From an uncultured Thermoprotei archaeon (lineage in GTDB: Archaea; Thermoproteota; Thermoprotei; Thermofilales; B15-G2), in the NCBI GenBank assembly GCA_965367815.1, contig CBDUKN010000022.1:1-40232 (forward strand): 40,232 nt of DNA, written 5' to 3'. The position numbers and the translations under genes are program-made. A model generated the notes under the pieces. It ran no database searches and was not told the DNA's origin. It saw only the letters and a list, made by a program, of their open reading frames with translations. This document shows, piece by piece, positions 24,520-34,116 of the stretch; the first letter of the stretch is position 1; each line of letters opens with the position of its first letter.

Positions 24520-25406
24520 AGATTGTAGCTTATTTGTAGTGCTTTCCAGTAGTTCTGCGGAGTTCCTATATCGAGCCATATTTGGTTTTTAGGAGGCTTT
24601 ATTGCGTAAACTTTGAATTTCCACTCAATTATTTTCTGAATAGCGTCTGTTAGCTCTATTTCTCCTCGCTTACCTGGCTCCGTTTTTTCTAGAGCTTTGA
24701 GAATGACAGGGTCAAATGCGTATATTGGGATTACAGCTAAATTCGATGGAGGCGTCTCTGGCTTTTCTACTATTCTTTTCACTTCGACTATGTCTCCTTC
24801 TTCTTCACCTGGCTCTATTACTCCATATATTCTCGGGTTTTCTACTTCCTTGAGCAAGAATACTGCCTCAGCTTTCTTTTTCTGGAAAACTTCCATTACT
24901 TTCTTTATATGCTGATTATTTTCTGAGAAGATTACTGCATCTCCTGCGTGAACTATGAAGGGCTCGTTTCCTACAAAGGCTTTTGCTTTTAGTACTGCGT
25001 CGCCGAAGCCTCTAGGCTGCGGCTGGTTAACGAAAACTATGACAGAGTTCTCTATACGTTCATAGAATTCTTTAAGATCCTTCGCTACGACCTCTTTGCC
25101 TTTTTCCCTTAAGTACTCTAGGAAATTGTAGTCTGGAGTGAAGTGGTCTTCTATGGCTCTTTTACCTCTTCCTACAATGAAGCAGAATTCTCTAATACCT
25201 GAGTCGTATAGTTCTTCAAAAATTATCTGCAGTGTAGGCTTGAGTATTATTTCGTCGTCTCTCTTAAAGAAGATCGGCATCATTTCTTTAGGTAACTCTT
25301 TTGTAGTCGGGAGAAGTCGCGTACCCAGTCCAGCTGCTGGGATAACAGCTTTAGTGATCACATTTGTAACACTTTCGCTGAAGTTATATTTCTTCTGTCT
25401 TAGCAC
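24516..25406 (-). CDS. galU: UTP-glucose-1-phosphate uridylyltransferase-like (alternative start GTG 25361)
   Basis: KAVIPAAGLGTRLLPTTKELPKEM, AIEDHF, GFGDAV, VEKP, GEIELTDAI. Confidence 0.88.
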   Translation of the reverse strand: MLRQKKYNFSESVTNVITKAVIPAAGLGTRLLPTTKELPKEMMPIFFKRDDEIILKPTLQIIFEELYDSGIREFCFIVGRGKRAIEDHFTPDYNFLEYLREKGKEVVAKDLKEFYERIENSVIVFVNQPQPRGFGDAVLKAKAFVGNEPFIVHAGDAVIFSENNQHIKKVMEVFQKKKAEAVFLLKEVENPRIYGVIEPGEEEGDIVEVKRIVEKPETPPSNLAVIPIYAFDPVILKALEKTEPGKRGEIELTDAIQKIIEWKFKVYAIKPPKNQIWLDIGTPQNYWKALQISYNL

Positions 25407-26418
25407 CTTCTTTTGAAAGCTTAAAGAAGTAGACTTTGCTGGATGCTAAGCCAAGTGACTTCATGTAGTTTTCTAGTTTTTCTGCAAGAACTTTTTCTTT
25501 GTCTGGCTCAGTTAAAATTATCACGCTTCCACCGCCTCCCGCGCCGCTAAGCTTTGCTCCTAGTGCTCCGTTTCTGAGAGCGTAGTTTATTACAGAGTTA
25601 TTGTAGTACCCTGCTCCGTGCTCAAAGCCGGCAAGCTTCATGGCTATGTTGACCCACTTGTGGTTAATGTTCATGAGTCTGCCGAACTCTTCCCAGTTTT
25701 CTTCAAGTAAAGCGTACTTGCCTTTCACTGCGGTTAAGCCGACTATCCTCATTGCCCTAAGTATTTTCGCTTTCTTCGGGTCAAGCTTGCCTTCTTTCAC
25801 GAGCTTTAGCTCAGCCATGTACGCTGACCTAAATTTTTTGTGAACACTGCCTGAATCTCTTCTTACACCTAGATACGCTATTATTAGTGGAATGTAATCA
25901 ACGTATTGGTCAAGTCTCTCGTATGTAGCTAAAGGTTCTTTGCGGAGCGGTTTATGGTATAGTTTTCCGCGAAAATCCATGTACGCTAAGCCGCCCATAG
26001 TGCATACATAGCGGTCTGCGTAGCCGCAAGTTATGCCAGCTGCTTCTTCTGCTCTCTGGACTAGCTCTGCTAATATATAGTCGTTTAATTTCTTTTTACT
26101 TAAATTGAAGTATTCTCTAATTCCATGCATGAAAGCTACCATTAGTGCTGTTGAGCTAGCTAAACCTGCTTCTCGAGGAATCTCTGTCCAGTATTCAGTT
26201 TCAAGAGAGTCTTCTTTAACGTGAGAATATTCTTCAGGGAAATATGTTTTAAGCACTTGGAGGCAGCTTTCAAAAAGAGGTAGCAGGTTTTTCTTTCCTT
26301 CTTTTACTTTAACATAAGCTCTTAGCGAGATTGCTGCTGATATTACAGCGTACGCTCCTTCCAGAGCGTCAGTTGGGTTTCCTAGAATATTTACTCTGCC
26401 GGGAGCAGAAACAATCAC
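25384..26418 (-). CDS. GHMP sugar kinase (glucuronokinase/galactokinase-like)
   Basis: SAPGRVNILGNPTD, IPREAGLASS, GAKLSGAGGGG; GTG at 26418 chosen because the track start (26604) overlaps the divergent gene. Confidence 0.88.
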   Translation of the reverse strand: MIVSAPGRVNILGNPTDALEGAYAVISAAISLRAYVKVKEGKKNLLPLFESCLQVLKTYFPEEYSHVKEDSLETEYWTEIPREAGLASSTALMVAFMHGIREYFNLSKKKLNDYILAELVQRAEEAAGITCGYADRYVCTMGGLAYMDFRGKLYHKPLRKEPLATYERLDQYVDYIPLIIAYLGVRRDSGSVHKKFRSAYMAELKLVKEGKLDPKKAKILRAMRIVGLTAVKGKYALLEENWEEFGRLMNINHKWVNIAMKLAGFEHGAGYYNNSVINYALRNGALGAKLSGAGGGGSVIILTEPDKEKVLAEKLENYMKSLGLASSKVYFFKLSKEGAKTEEI

Positions 26419-26437
26419 ATAAGTTACATGCAGGGAA

Positions 26438-27622
26438 ATGTTAAATAGTTTAATGGGTAATGGTACTGTGTCCTGGAGGCTTAAGTACATAGGTAAAGCA
26501 GTTAAAGCTGGTATTGGAGAGAAATTTAAAGCAAGTTTCGTAATTGAGTCAGAGGAAGAAACTTCTGTTGAAGTCAGGCTTGTAGAGAAGAATGCTTTAT
26601 TCAAAGTAGATGTGCCTTCTAGGCTAGACTTAAAGAAGGGACTAAACGAGCTGTACGTGAATGTAGAGATTCCCGAAAAAACTGTGTTTAAGCCGCTGTG
26701 GATCGCAGTAATTAGTGTTCAGGATAGTGAGAAGTCAGAGAATGCGTACTTGGGAATTCTTCCAGTGTCAGAGAAGTCTTCTAGAAAAGTGATTAAAGAG
26801 GCTGTTGAAGACGATAAAAGCTATTCTGTCGGCGCACTTGGTTTTACTAGAAAAGATTTCTTTTACTTGTCGTATAGGTGGCGCAACGGAAACAAAGCGA
26901 GAGGAGAGAAGCTAGAGATAGCTAAAAGCTCTGATGGCTTAAACTACGAGACGGTTAAAACATTCAATAAAAATGACTACGGTTACTTGAGCTTTGAGCA
27001 GTCTGACTTAACTACTACGCCTGAAGGAAGCTTTGTTTTCCTATACAGTGCTGATGTAGAGAGACTATGGAAAATATTCAAAGTTGAGGCCAATGAAGTA
27101 TCTGATATAGAGTTGCCAGGAGAACCTCTCGTAGATAAAGCGAAAGATCCATCTATACTATATGATGCAGCTTCTGAGAGGTACATTATAGTGTACAGTG
27201 ATTGCAGTAAGCCTGGACATGATTTAGCGGTAGTTTCAACTAAAGACTTTAAACAGCTTGAAGTACTGGCAGAATCTATTGCGTACACTCAGTTTACGAA
27301 ACAGGGAAATGAGTGGTCTCGCACACATATTCATGCAGGAAGTCTGCTTTTTGACGGAAAATACTATGTACTTTTCTACGACGCTTTACCAAAACAGCCG
27401 TCTTGCTTCGGTAGTGGATGGTTAGGAGTAGCTATTTCAAAAGACTTGAAGAAATGGATAGACTTAACGCCAGATAAGCCTCTGTGGAAAGGAAATGGTG
27501 TAGACTATACTTTCAGGTATGTAGCAGTATATTGTGATGAAAAACAGTACCTCCTCTATGCTGAAGAAGAGACAAGTCCAAGAGGGAAAAAGGATACTGT
27601 AGTCTACTATAGTAAGACTTAA
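26438..27622 (+). CDS. Beta-propeller glycoside hydrolase-like protein (GH32/43/130-type) with N-terminal beta domain
   Basis: KDPSILYD, SSDGLNY, STKDFKQ, YYVLFYD, AISKDLKKW blade motifs. Confidence 0.65.
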   Translation: MLNSLMGNGTVSWRLKYIGKAVKAGIGEKFKASFVIESEEETSVEVRLVEKNALFKVDVPSRLDLKKGLNELYVNVEIPEKTVFKPLWIAVISVQDSEKSENAYLGILPVSEKSSRKVIKEAVEDDKSYSVGALGFTRKDFFYLSYRWRNGNKARGEKLEIAKSSDGLNYETVKTFNKNDYGYLSFEQSDLTTTPEGSFVFLYSADVERLWKIFKVEANEVSDIELPGEPLVDKAKDPSILYDAASERYIIVYSDCSKPGHDLAVVSTKDFKQLEVLAESIAYTQFTKQGNEWSRTHIHAGSLLFDGKYYVLFYDALPKQPSCFGSGWLGVAISKDLKKWIDLTPDKPLWKGNGVDYTFRYVAVYCDEKQYLLYAEEETSPRGKKDTVVYYSKT

Positions 27623-27856
27623 GGTAGTCTTGTGTTCAGCTATTTTCATAGACATATTATATCACCAGATATTAAACACTTTCCTATGCTTATACTTTAA
27701 TGTAGTGGATAAATATTGAAAGAGATTATTTTATTAGCTATGAAAAGAAATAATAAAAATAGATAAACAATTTATTTTAGTTTTCTCGAGTACTTGAGGA
27801 ATCACTTTGTATTTTAATGAAAAATACTAAACATAAGATCAGTGTATGGAAGTAGT

Positions 27857-29221
27857 TTAGAAGGGAAGCTCTGATAGCTCATATTTTTCTTGAAGCATTC
27901 TTTGTATCTCTATGGATCTACGGCTCGCGTAAAGGTAGCAGTATCTGGAGAGATAAGAAGCCATTTTCTTAGCTACATCAGGGCACTCGTCTATTAGGTT
28001 TTTAGTTTCTCCGGGGTCATTCTCTAAGTCGTAAAGCTCGTCTTTGGCATCTGGTCTAAATATGAAGCTCCATTTTTCTGTCCTAACGCAGCGGTGAGCT
28101 GACTCGTGATATCCTGTGACAATGAAGTCTCTCAATTTCTCTACTTTCTCTTCAAGTAGTGGAAGTAGACTCCTGCCATGCATGTATCTGTTCTCTCTGC
28201 TTAGGCCTATTATGTCGAGAATTGTAGCTGGTACGTCTATATTTTCGACGAGCTGTTTGACTCTTTTGCCAGCGTACTGGTTTTCAGGGAACTTGATTAT
28301 TAGAGTCATTCTGACTAGCTCGCTCCACAGTGTATGTGGGTGCTTTAGTATCCATCCGTGTTCACCTAGAGGGACACTATGGTCTGATAGGAGTACTATG
28401 AGTGCGTCGTCGTAGTAATTTAGTTCTTTTAGTTTTTCGAGAAGTACACCGACCCACTTGTCGACAAAGGTTACTTCTCCCGCGTAGAGGCCTCTTATGT
28501 ACTTTAGTTCTTCTTCGGTGAGCCAGTCGATTTTACCGTACTTGGGGTGAATTATCTTTTTGCCTCTATACTTGGGGTCAGTGTATATTTTCTCGTATTT
28601 GGGTGGAGGATCCCATGGTTCGTGGGGATCAAAGCAGTCTACCCAAAGGAAGAATGGTTCCCGTGCTTCTCTTTCAAGCCAGTCTACAGCTTCTCTAATT
28701 ACCTTTGCTACGAAGTAGTCTTCTTCAGTTTCTCTGTCTATAATGTTTCTTAAGTACTGTATTAAGAGTTTTTCGACATTTGTTCCCTTCATTTCTGGCT
28801 TCATGAATTCTTCTGGAATATATTTGGGTGGGCCTGAACGATAGGTGTCTCCTTCTTGTCCTCTAATCCACCTCCAGACGTGGAATCCTCTATGGAAGTT
28901 CATTCCTGGCTTGAATAAGTGGTAAGTGTCTGTAATGAGGGCGTTTGTATAGCCGTAGGCTCCAAGTATTTCGGCGATAGTTATGTCTTCTGAAGTTAGA
29001 GGCTGCCATGGTCTGAAAGGCAGAGTATATTGTCCTGTAAAGAGTGCTGTTCGAGCAGGAATAGTTGGAAGGCCTTCTGGATACGCGTTCTCAAATATAA
29101 CTCCGTCTTTAGCTAAACTATCAATATTAGGAGTCTTAATTTTCTCGTTTCCATAGCAGTGTACATGGTCTGGTCTTAGGCTGTCAAGCATTATGACAAT
29201 AATGTTTGTTTCGGGTTTCAC
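27857..29221 (-). CDS. Sulfatase-like AlkP-superfamily hydrolase (Thr at nucleophile position)
   Basis: IMLDSLRPDH, TPNID, PTIPARTALFTG, DPHEPW, SDH, ELYDLENDPGE. Confidence 0.9.
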   Translation of the reverse strand: MKPETNIIVIMLDSLRPDHVHCYGNEKIKTPNIDSLAKDGVIFENAYPEGLPTIPARTALFTGQYTLPFRPWQPLTSEDITIAEILGAYGYTNALITDTYHLFKPGMNFHRGFHVWRWIRGQEGDTYRSGPPKYIPEEFMKPEMKGTNVEKLLIQYLRNIIDRETEEDYFVAKVIREAVDWLEREAREPFFLWVDCFDPHEPWDPPPKYEKIYTDPKYRGKKIIHPKYGKIDWLTEEELKYIRGLYAGEVTFVDKWVGVLLEKLKELNYYDDALIVLLSDHSVPLGEHGWILKHPHTLWSELVRMTLIIKFPENQYAGKRVKQLVENIDVPATILDIIGLSRENRYMHGRSLLPLLEEKVEKLRDFIVTGYHESAHRCVRTEKWSFIFRPDAKDELYDLENDPGETKNLIDECPDVAKKMASYLSRYCYLYASRRSIEIQRMLQEKYELSELPF

Positions 29222-29331
29222 GTAGCTTAGAATTCTTTATTTAAATAAATAACTTTTTTAAAGAGTTTTCTTTAGATGGAGTCGAGTAAACCGAGTTAAG
29301 AGTTTTATATTTTGCTACGTTATCTCGTTAC

Positions 29332-30570
29332 GTGAGCTTAGCTGTAATTCCCTTAGCTAGCAGAATTCACGGAGTCGAGTACTGCGAAAACTTAGTTGAG
29401 AAGTTTAAGAAAGTAATTAAGGGGGTCGAGTTTACTAACATTGTTTTCTCGGAAGGAGATATTGATACTAGCAAGTTTAAGGAGAGTAAAGCAATAATTT
29501 TGCTTTTCTTGACGGGGGGTACTTCTAAATTGGGGTATAAGATTGCTTCAGAGATCTTTGTTCCAACTTTTCTAGTATCTCATGGATATCATAATAGCTT
29601 AGGTTCTGCTCTCTCGTGTAGGGCTAGGCTCAAGAAGCGGGGGCTTTTGCCTTGGCTTGTGCACGTAGATCAGCCTGAAGGAGCTGACTTAAACTACATT
29701 GCTAAAGCTGTCGAAGCCTGTGCTAGTTTAACTAAGGCGAAGTTTGGAGTAGTTACTCCTGAAGGAGAGCTGACGCCTAAGGCCATAGATTTTTCATCAA
29801 AATCAGGTATTAAAGTAGTCGGAATAGACTTAAATGAAGTTTTAGCGGAGGCCGATGCTGTTTCAGAAGAAGAAGCAACTAAAATAGCTGAAGAAGAGCT
29901 CGGAGTAGAGTACCCTGACTCGGACTTAATTAAGTGCATTAACCTATTTATTGCGTTGAAGAAAATTGTTGAAAAGAGGAAAATAGATGCTATTACTATG
30001 GAGTGCTTTGAGTTTATACTAGAGCACGGATACACTCCGTGTATAGCTGTAGCTCTTATGAATAAATATAGAATTCCTTTTGCCTGTGAAGAAGACTACT
30101 ACAGCTTAGCATTAATGTATCTATCGAAGCAACTTATCTGCTACCCCGGCTGGATAGCTAATCCGAGCGGAATCGAAGGAAATAGGCTTGTTTTAGCACA
30201 CTGCACTGTAGACCTTTCTCTAGTAGATAGATTTGAGCTAGTAAACCACTTTGAATCAGGAAAACCTTATGCAGTAAAGGGAGAGCTTCTTCAAATAGAG
30301 TACACTATGGCTAGAATGAGTGAAAAAGGTATCGAGAGATACTCAGTTAAAGTATATCCGGTTAAAAAATGGAGTAATGAGAGATGTAGAACACAGTGTT
30401 CAGTTGAACTAGAGGGTATGACGGCTCTAGAGTTTTTAGAAAATGCTTCAGGTAATCATCACGTACTTATCCCAGGTAAAGTAGAAAAACACCTTAGGGT
30501 TATTGACTGGATGATGTATGGTAGATGGAAGGTGAGCGGAAATGAAGGTCGCGGAGAGACTCTTCAATAA
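29332..30570 (+). CDS. L-fucose/L-arabinose isomerase-like protein
   Basis: LTGGT, HNSL, MECF, TPC, ACEED, LAHCT, HFESG, CRTQ, GNHH. Confidence 0.85.
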   Translation: MSLAVIPLASRIHGVEYCENLVEKFKKVIKGVEFTNIVFSEGDIDTSKFKESKAIILLFLTGGTSKLGYKIASEIFVPTFLVSHGYHNSLGSALSCRARLKKRGLLPWLVHVDQPEGADLNYIAKAVEACASLTKAKFGVVTPEGELTPKAIDFSSKSGIKVVGIDLNEVLAEADAVSEEEATKIAEEELGVEYPDSDLIKCINLFIALKKIVEKRKIDAITMECFEFILEHGYTPCIAVALMNKYRIPFACEEDYYSLALMYLSKQLICYPGWIANPSGIEGNRLVLAHCTVDLSLVDRFELVNHFESGKPYAVKGELLQIEYTMARMSEKGIERYSVKVYPVKKWSNERCRTQCSVELEGMTALEFLENASGNHHVLIPGKVEKHLRVIDWMMYGRWKVSGNEGRGETLQ

Positions 30571-31792
30571 AATAGATTCTCTAAGAGAGTATGCGGTAAA
30601 CTGCTTGTGTAGAATAATAGGGCTTAATGCAGTAAACCCAGCTTACGGCGGGCCCGGAGAATTGAGGAGAGCAGAATACATTGAAAAGCAGTTAGAGGAA
30701 ATAGGTGTAAGTGAAATCAAGCGCTATGATTTTCCCGACGAGAGAGCAGAAGGAGGTATTAGACCCAATATTGTGGCGAAAATTCCGGGGAAGAGTAAGA
30801 AGATTCTCTGGATTATATCACATATGGACACCGTTCCTCCAGGAGATTTATCGAAGTGGCAGAGTGACCCGTTTAAGCCTCTAGTGGCTGGAGACAAGAT
30901 ATATGGGCGAGGAGCAGAAGACAACGGCCAGGCTATCGTGTCTTCTCTGTTGGCGGCTAAGGCTATTTTAGAAGAAAACTTAGAGCCTGAGATTACACTA
31001 GGGCTTGTTTTTGCTGCAGACGAAGAAGCGGGAAGCCGCTATGGTGTAGTAGAGCTCTTAAAGAAGGGTATTTTCTCTAGGGAAGATTTAATACTAGTAC
31101 CCGACGCAGGTTCTCCTAAAGGAGACTTTATCGAAATAGCTGAAAAAAGCATTCTATGGCTGAAAATAACTACGAGAGGTGTTCAGTCTCATTCAAGTAT
31201 GCCTCATAGAGGACTTAACGCACACCGTATTGGAATGAAATACGCGTTAATGCTAGATGAAATTCTGCACCAAAAGTATTCGGATAGAGACGAGTTCTTC
31301 GATCCACCTTACTCAACTTTTGAGCCTACACGTAAAGAAGAAAATCAGCAGAATGTAAACACAGTGCCGGGTAGAGACGTGATATATTTTGACTGCAGAG
31401 TACTTCCGAAATACAGTTTAGACGACATAATTAACGATGCTCTTAAGCTTAAAGAGCTTTTTGAAAACACTTACTATGCTGTATTAGACGATAAGAAAAT
31501 TAATGTTAAAATAGATGTAGAAGTTGTCGCTAGATCTGATGCTCCTCCTCCAACTAGCCCTGATAGCGAGATAATTGTTAAGCTAAAAAGGGCGATAAAA
31601 ATAGCTAGAGGCATTGACGCTAAAGTAGGTGGAATAGGTGGAGGAACTTATGCGGCTATTTTCCGGAGAAAAGGTATTCCAGCAGCAGTCTGGGCTACAG
31701 TAGACGAGACTGCACATAATCCCAACGAATACGCTAGAGTAAGCAATATTGTCGAAGACGCCAAAGTATTTGCCCTATTAGCGTTCTTATGA
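30542..31792 (+). CDS. M20-family metallohydrolase (DapE/ArgE-like)
   Basis: SHMDTVP, YGRGAEDNG, ADEEAGS, GGGT, AHNPNE. Confidence 0.93.
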   Translation: MKVAERLFNKIDSLREYAVNCLCRIIGLNAVNPAYGGPGELRRAEYIEKQLEEIGVSEIKRYDFPDERAEGGIRPNIVAKIPGKSKKILWIISHMDTVPPGDLSKWQSDPFKPLVAGDKIYGRGAEDNGQAIVSSLLAAKAILEENLEPEITLGLVFAADEEAGSRYGVVELLKKGIFSREDLILVPDAGSPKGDFIEIAEKSILWLKITTRGVQSHSSMPHRGLNAHRIGMKYALMLDEILHQKYSDRDEFFDPPYSTFEPTRKEENQQNVNTVPGRDVIYFDCRVLPKYSLDDIINDALKLKELFENTYYAVLDDKKINVKIDVEVVARSDAPPPTSPDSEIIVKLKRAIKIARGIDAKVGGIGGGTYAAIFRRKGIPAAVWATVDETAHNPNEYARVSNIVEDAKVFALLAFL

Positions 31793-32067
31793 GAAAGAAA
31801 AGAAATATTTATGATATTTGTGCAGATGTACTTAAAGTTATTAAAGCTCTTGGCAGTGCTTCAATAACTAAAATATCTTATGGAGCAGAGCTCCCTGTCG
31901 ATAGGGCTAAAAAGATAATTAATATTTTAGTTAAAGCAGGATTAGTAGAAAAAATAGTTAAAAACAATAGGGTTTTTTATATAGTTACAGAGAGAGGTAT
32001 AGGATACTTAGAGACCTACTTTAGGCTTAGACAGTTTTTGTCTGAAGAAATGCTTGGTGAGTACTAA
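31789..32067 (+). CDS. Winged-helix DNA-binding protein
   Basis: KRNIYDICADVL...ITKISYGAEL...YIVTERG. Confidence 0.85.
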   Translation: MRKKRNIYDICADVLKVIKALGSASITKISYGAELPVDRAKKIINILVKAGLVEKIVKNNRVFYIVTERGIGYLETYFRLRQFLSEEMLGEY

Positions 32068-32071
32068 AAGT

Positions 32072-32088
32072 AGTCACATACTGTGACT
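32072..32088. promoter_or_regulatory. Inverted repeat just upstream of the TATA box of the beta-solenoid gene
   Basis: AGTCACA-TAC-TGTGACT; TTTAAAAT at 32093-32100; ATG at 32122. Confidence 0.5.
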
Positions 32089-32121
32089 TATCTTTAAAAT
32101 GGCTGACAGTGTAATACTTTC

Positions 32122-33336
32122 ATGAGCGTGAATGTAGTTGTAGGTGAAGGTGAAGTAAGAGAACTCTCGGAAGTAAAGGGTTCGCTAGAACTAAGAGATG
32201 GAGCTGAAGTAAAGTCTCCTACAGGTGTACTTGTTGTCGAGAGAGACGTCGTTTGTGAAGGGGATGTCGTAATTAAAGCTAGTCTGAAGACACGGAGACT
32301 GAGAGCTGAGGACGGAGAAGTAGTTATTGAAGGGGATCTTGAGGTCAGTAGGTATATTCGAGTAAAAGATGGTAGTTTGAGAGTAGAAGGGGCTCTCAAG
32401 GCGCCTGAAGTTGACGTAGATAAGAGACTAGAAGTGGGAAAAGACTGCATAGTAGACGATCTGTCTGTTGGAGGAACTGTAAGAATATATGGAAACTACA
32501 AAGGAAAGGAAGTAAATGTCGGGGGAAGATTCTATGTTAAGGGAACTGCTGAAATAGAGGCTCTAAGTGTAGGTGGAGTTGCTGAGCTAGGAGACTTTGC
32601 TCGAGTAGATAGAGTAAGTGTAGGTGGAACTTTTAAGGCTACTAAAGGAGAATTCGGAGACGTAAGTGTTGGAGGGAGCCTTTACGCATACGATTTTGTG
32701 GCATTTACTTCAATTGAAGTAGGAGGAGTAGCTACCTTCTACGGCGGCTGTAAGGGTGAGAGTGCCAGTATTGGAGGGAGCCTTAGATCAGATAAAAGTG
32801 TCGAAATAGGTGATATTGATGTAGGAGGAACTATTGATGTAAAGGAGAACTTAAAGTGCAAGAATCTAGACGTAGGTGGAACAGTAATTGTTGGCGGGAA
32901 CTTAGAGGCAGAGATAATTGAGGTTGGAGGAACTATTAGAGTATCGGAGACTATTAAAGCCCGGTCTATTGACATCGGAGGAACTATTGAAGCACGTAGA
33001 ATTGAGTGCGAAGAAATTGAGGTAGGAGGCTTACTTGACGTAGAGAAGCTTAAGGCAGAGAAAGTAGTCTTAGGAAAAGAAAGCGAGGCTAGAGGAGAAA
33101 TAGTGGCAGAGGAAGTAGAAGTAGGAGAGAAGGCCAAAGCCGATATAATTTACGCCGACTACGTTATTGTTTGTGAAAAAGCTAGAGTCAAGAAAATTAT
33201 TGCAAGAGAAGTAGTCGTTGAGAGAAAGGCTCGAGTAGGTCTAGTGAAATACGTGTCTCGTCTCGAAGTAGAAGAGGGAGCAATCATTAGAGAACAGGAA
33301 CAGATCAGCGAACTAGAAAAACCAGGTAGCGATTAA
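32122..33336 (+). CDS. Bactofilin-like beta-solenoid (polymer-forming cytoskeletal) protein
   Basis: About 12 tandem 16-17-aa repeats with (V/I)GG cores; Val/Gly/Glu-rich. Confidence 0.7.
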   Translation: MSVNVVVGEGEVRELSEVKGSLELRDGAEVKSPTGVLVVERDVVCEGDVVIKASLKTRRLRAEDGEVVIEGDLEVSRYIRVKDGSLRVEGALKAPEVDVDKRLEVGKDCIVDDLSVGGTVRIYGNYKGKEVNVGGRFYVKGTAEIEALSVGGVAELGDFARVDRVSVGGTFKATKGEFGDVSVGGSLYAYDFVAFTSIEVGGVATFYGGCKGESASIGGSLRSDKSVEIGDIDVGGTIDVKENLKCKNLDVGGTVIVGGNLEAEIIEVGGTIRVSETIKARSIDIGGTIEARRIECEEIEVGGLLDVEKLKAEKVVLGKESEARGEIVAEEVEVGEKAKADIIYADYVIVCEKARVKKIIAREVVVERKARVGLVKYVSRLEVEEGAIIREQEQISELEKPGSD

Positions 33337-33371
33337 GGCAAGCTTATATAAGGCGAACACAGAATCTTTAT

Positions 33372-33447
33372 GGGGCCGTAGTCTAGCTTGGACTAGGATG
33401 CCAGGCTCGGGCCCTGGTGAACCCGGGTTCAAATCCCGGCGGCCCCA
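33372..33447 (+). tRNA. tRNA-Pro(CGG), intronless
   Basis: GGGGCCG/CGGCCCC-A acceptor, CCAGG-CTCGGGC-CCTGG anticodon arm, TTCAAAT T-loop; upstream TTATATAA. Confidence 0.96.
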
Positions 33448-33573
33448 TTTCAAACCACATAAAACCTTTCTCTTGGTTTTCGAATACTCTAAAGATAGGA
33501 TTCTTGCTGTGGACTGAGGGTCTGTTTTCCATGAGGGCAAAGCTTAAATAGAGTTAAAGAGTAGTCTATAACG

Positions 33574-33708
33574 CCCCCGGTAGCTCAGCCTGGAAGAGCG
33601 TCCGGCTGTAGCCCCGTGCGTGGGGCACACCCCCAACAGCCTGTTAAGTAGGATGAGGGGGTGGCAGCAGAAACCGGATGGTCGCCGGTTCAAATCCGGC
33701 CCGGGGGA
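33574..33708 (+). tRNA. tRNA-Tyr(GTA) with 61-nt intron at 37/38 (intron 33612-33672)
   Basis: CCCCCGG/CCGGGGG-A acceptor (C1-G72), TCCGG-CT-GTA-G...A-CCGGA, CTGT:GCAG central helix with AAA bulge. Confidence 0.93.
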
Positions 33709-33761
33709 CTTGCCTCTATTTTTCATAAATTCAAAATAATTTTATTTTTTAACAGAATAAT

Positions 33762-34112
33762 TTAGCTTCTATTTACGTAGCACTCTGTACTAGTAATCCA
33801 GACTTCTACTCTCATTAGTGTGTTGTTTCCTAGTATGCGGTAAGTGTATGCTTTTCCGAGAACTACTTGTGGTTTAACGCCTATAGTGTAATGGCGTGAT
33901 ATAGTGCCGTTAGGTAGAATCAATGTAACTATGATGTACGCGTTAGTGTCTATATTTCTGTTTCCTTTAAGCAAGTTAGCCGCTTTCTCTGCCAGCATCC
34001 ATGCAAAGTTATCGTAATTTACTATCCAGTGCTGGGCTTCAGTATATGAGTATAGTATTAGGAGTGAAACTAGTGTAAAGGAGAGTATTGAGACCATTAA
34101 GTCTATTCTCAT
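33762..34112 (-). CDS. Small N-terminally anchored membrane protein (possible minor pilin/accessory)
   Basis: Hydrophobic N-terminus; last gene of the pilus-like operon. Confidence 0.6.
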   Translation of the reverse strand: MRIDLMVSILSFTLVSLLILYSYTEAQHWIVNYDNFAWMLAEKAANLLKGNRNIDTNAYIIVTLILPNGTISRHYTIGVKPQVVLGKAYTYRILGNNTLMRVEVWITSTECYVNRS

Positions 34113-34116
34113 TATA

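Noticed and set aside
26419-26604. Long head-to-head overlap of the GHMP kinase with the propeller gene
   Set aside because: Artefact of the longest-ORF start; GHMP homology begins at GTG 26418.
27660-27672. TATCACCAGATAT as a third copy of the 22-bp operator
   Set aside because: Only a gapped half-site, located between convergent gene ends rather than at a promoter.
32094-33137. Ser/Thr/Pro-rich antisense ORFs (32094-32450, 32739-33137)
   Set aside because: Mirror of the Val/Gly/Glu-rich repeat gene on the + strand.
33313-33726. ORFs 33313-33540 and 33544-33726
   Set aside because: Antisense translations of tRNA-Pro and tRNA-Tyr.
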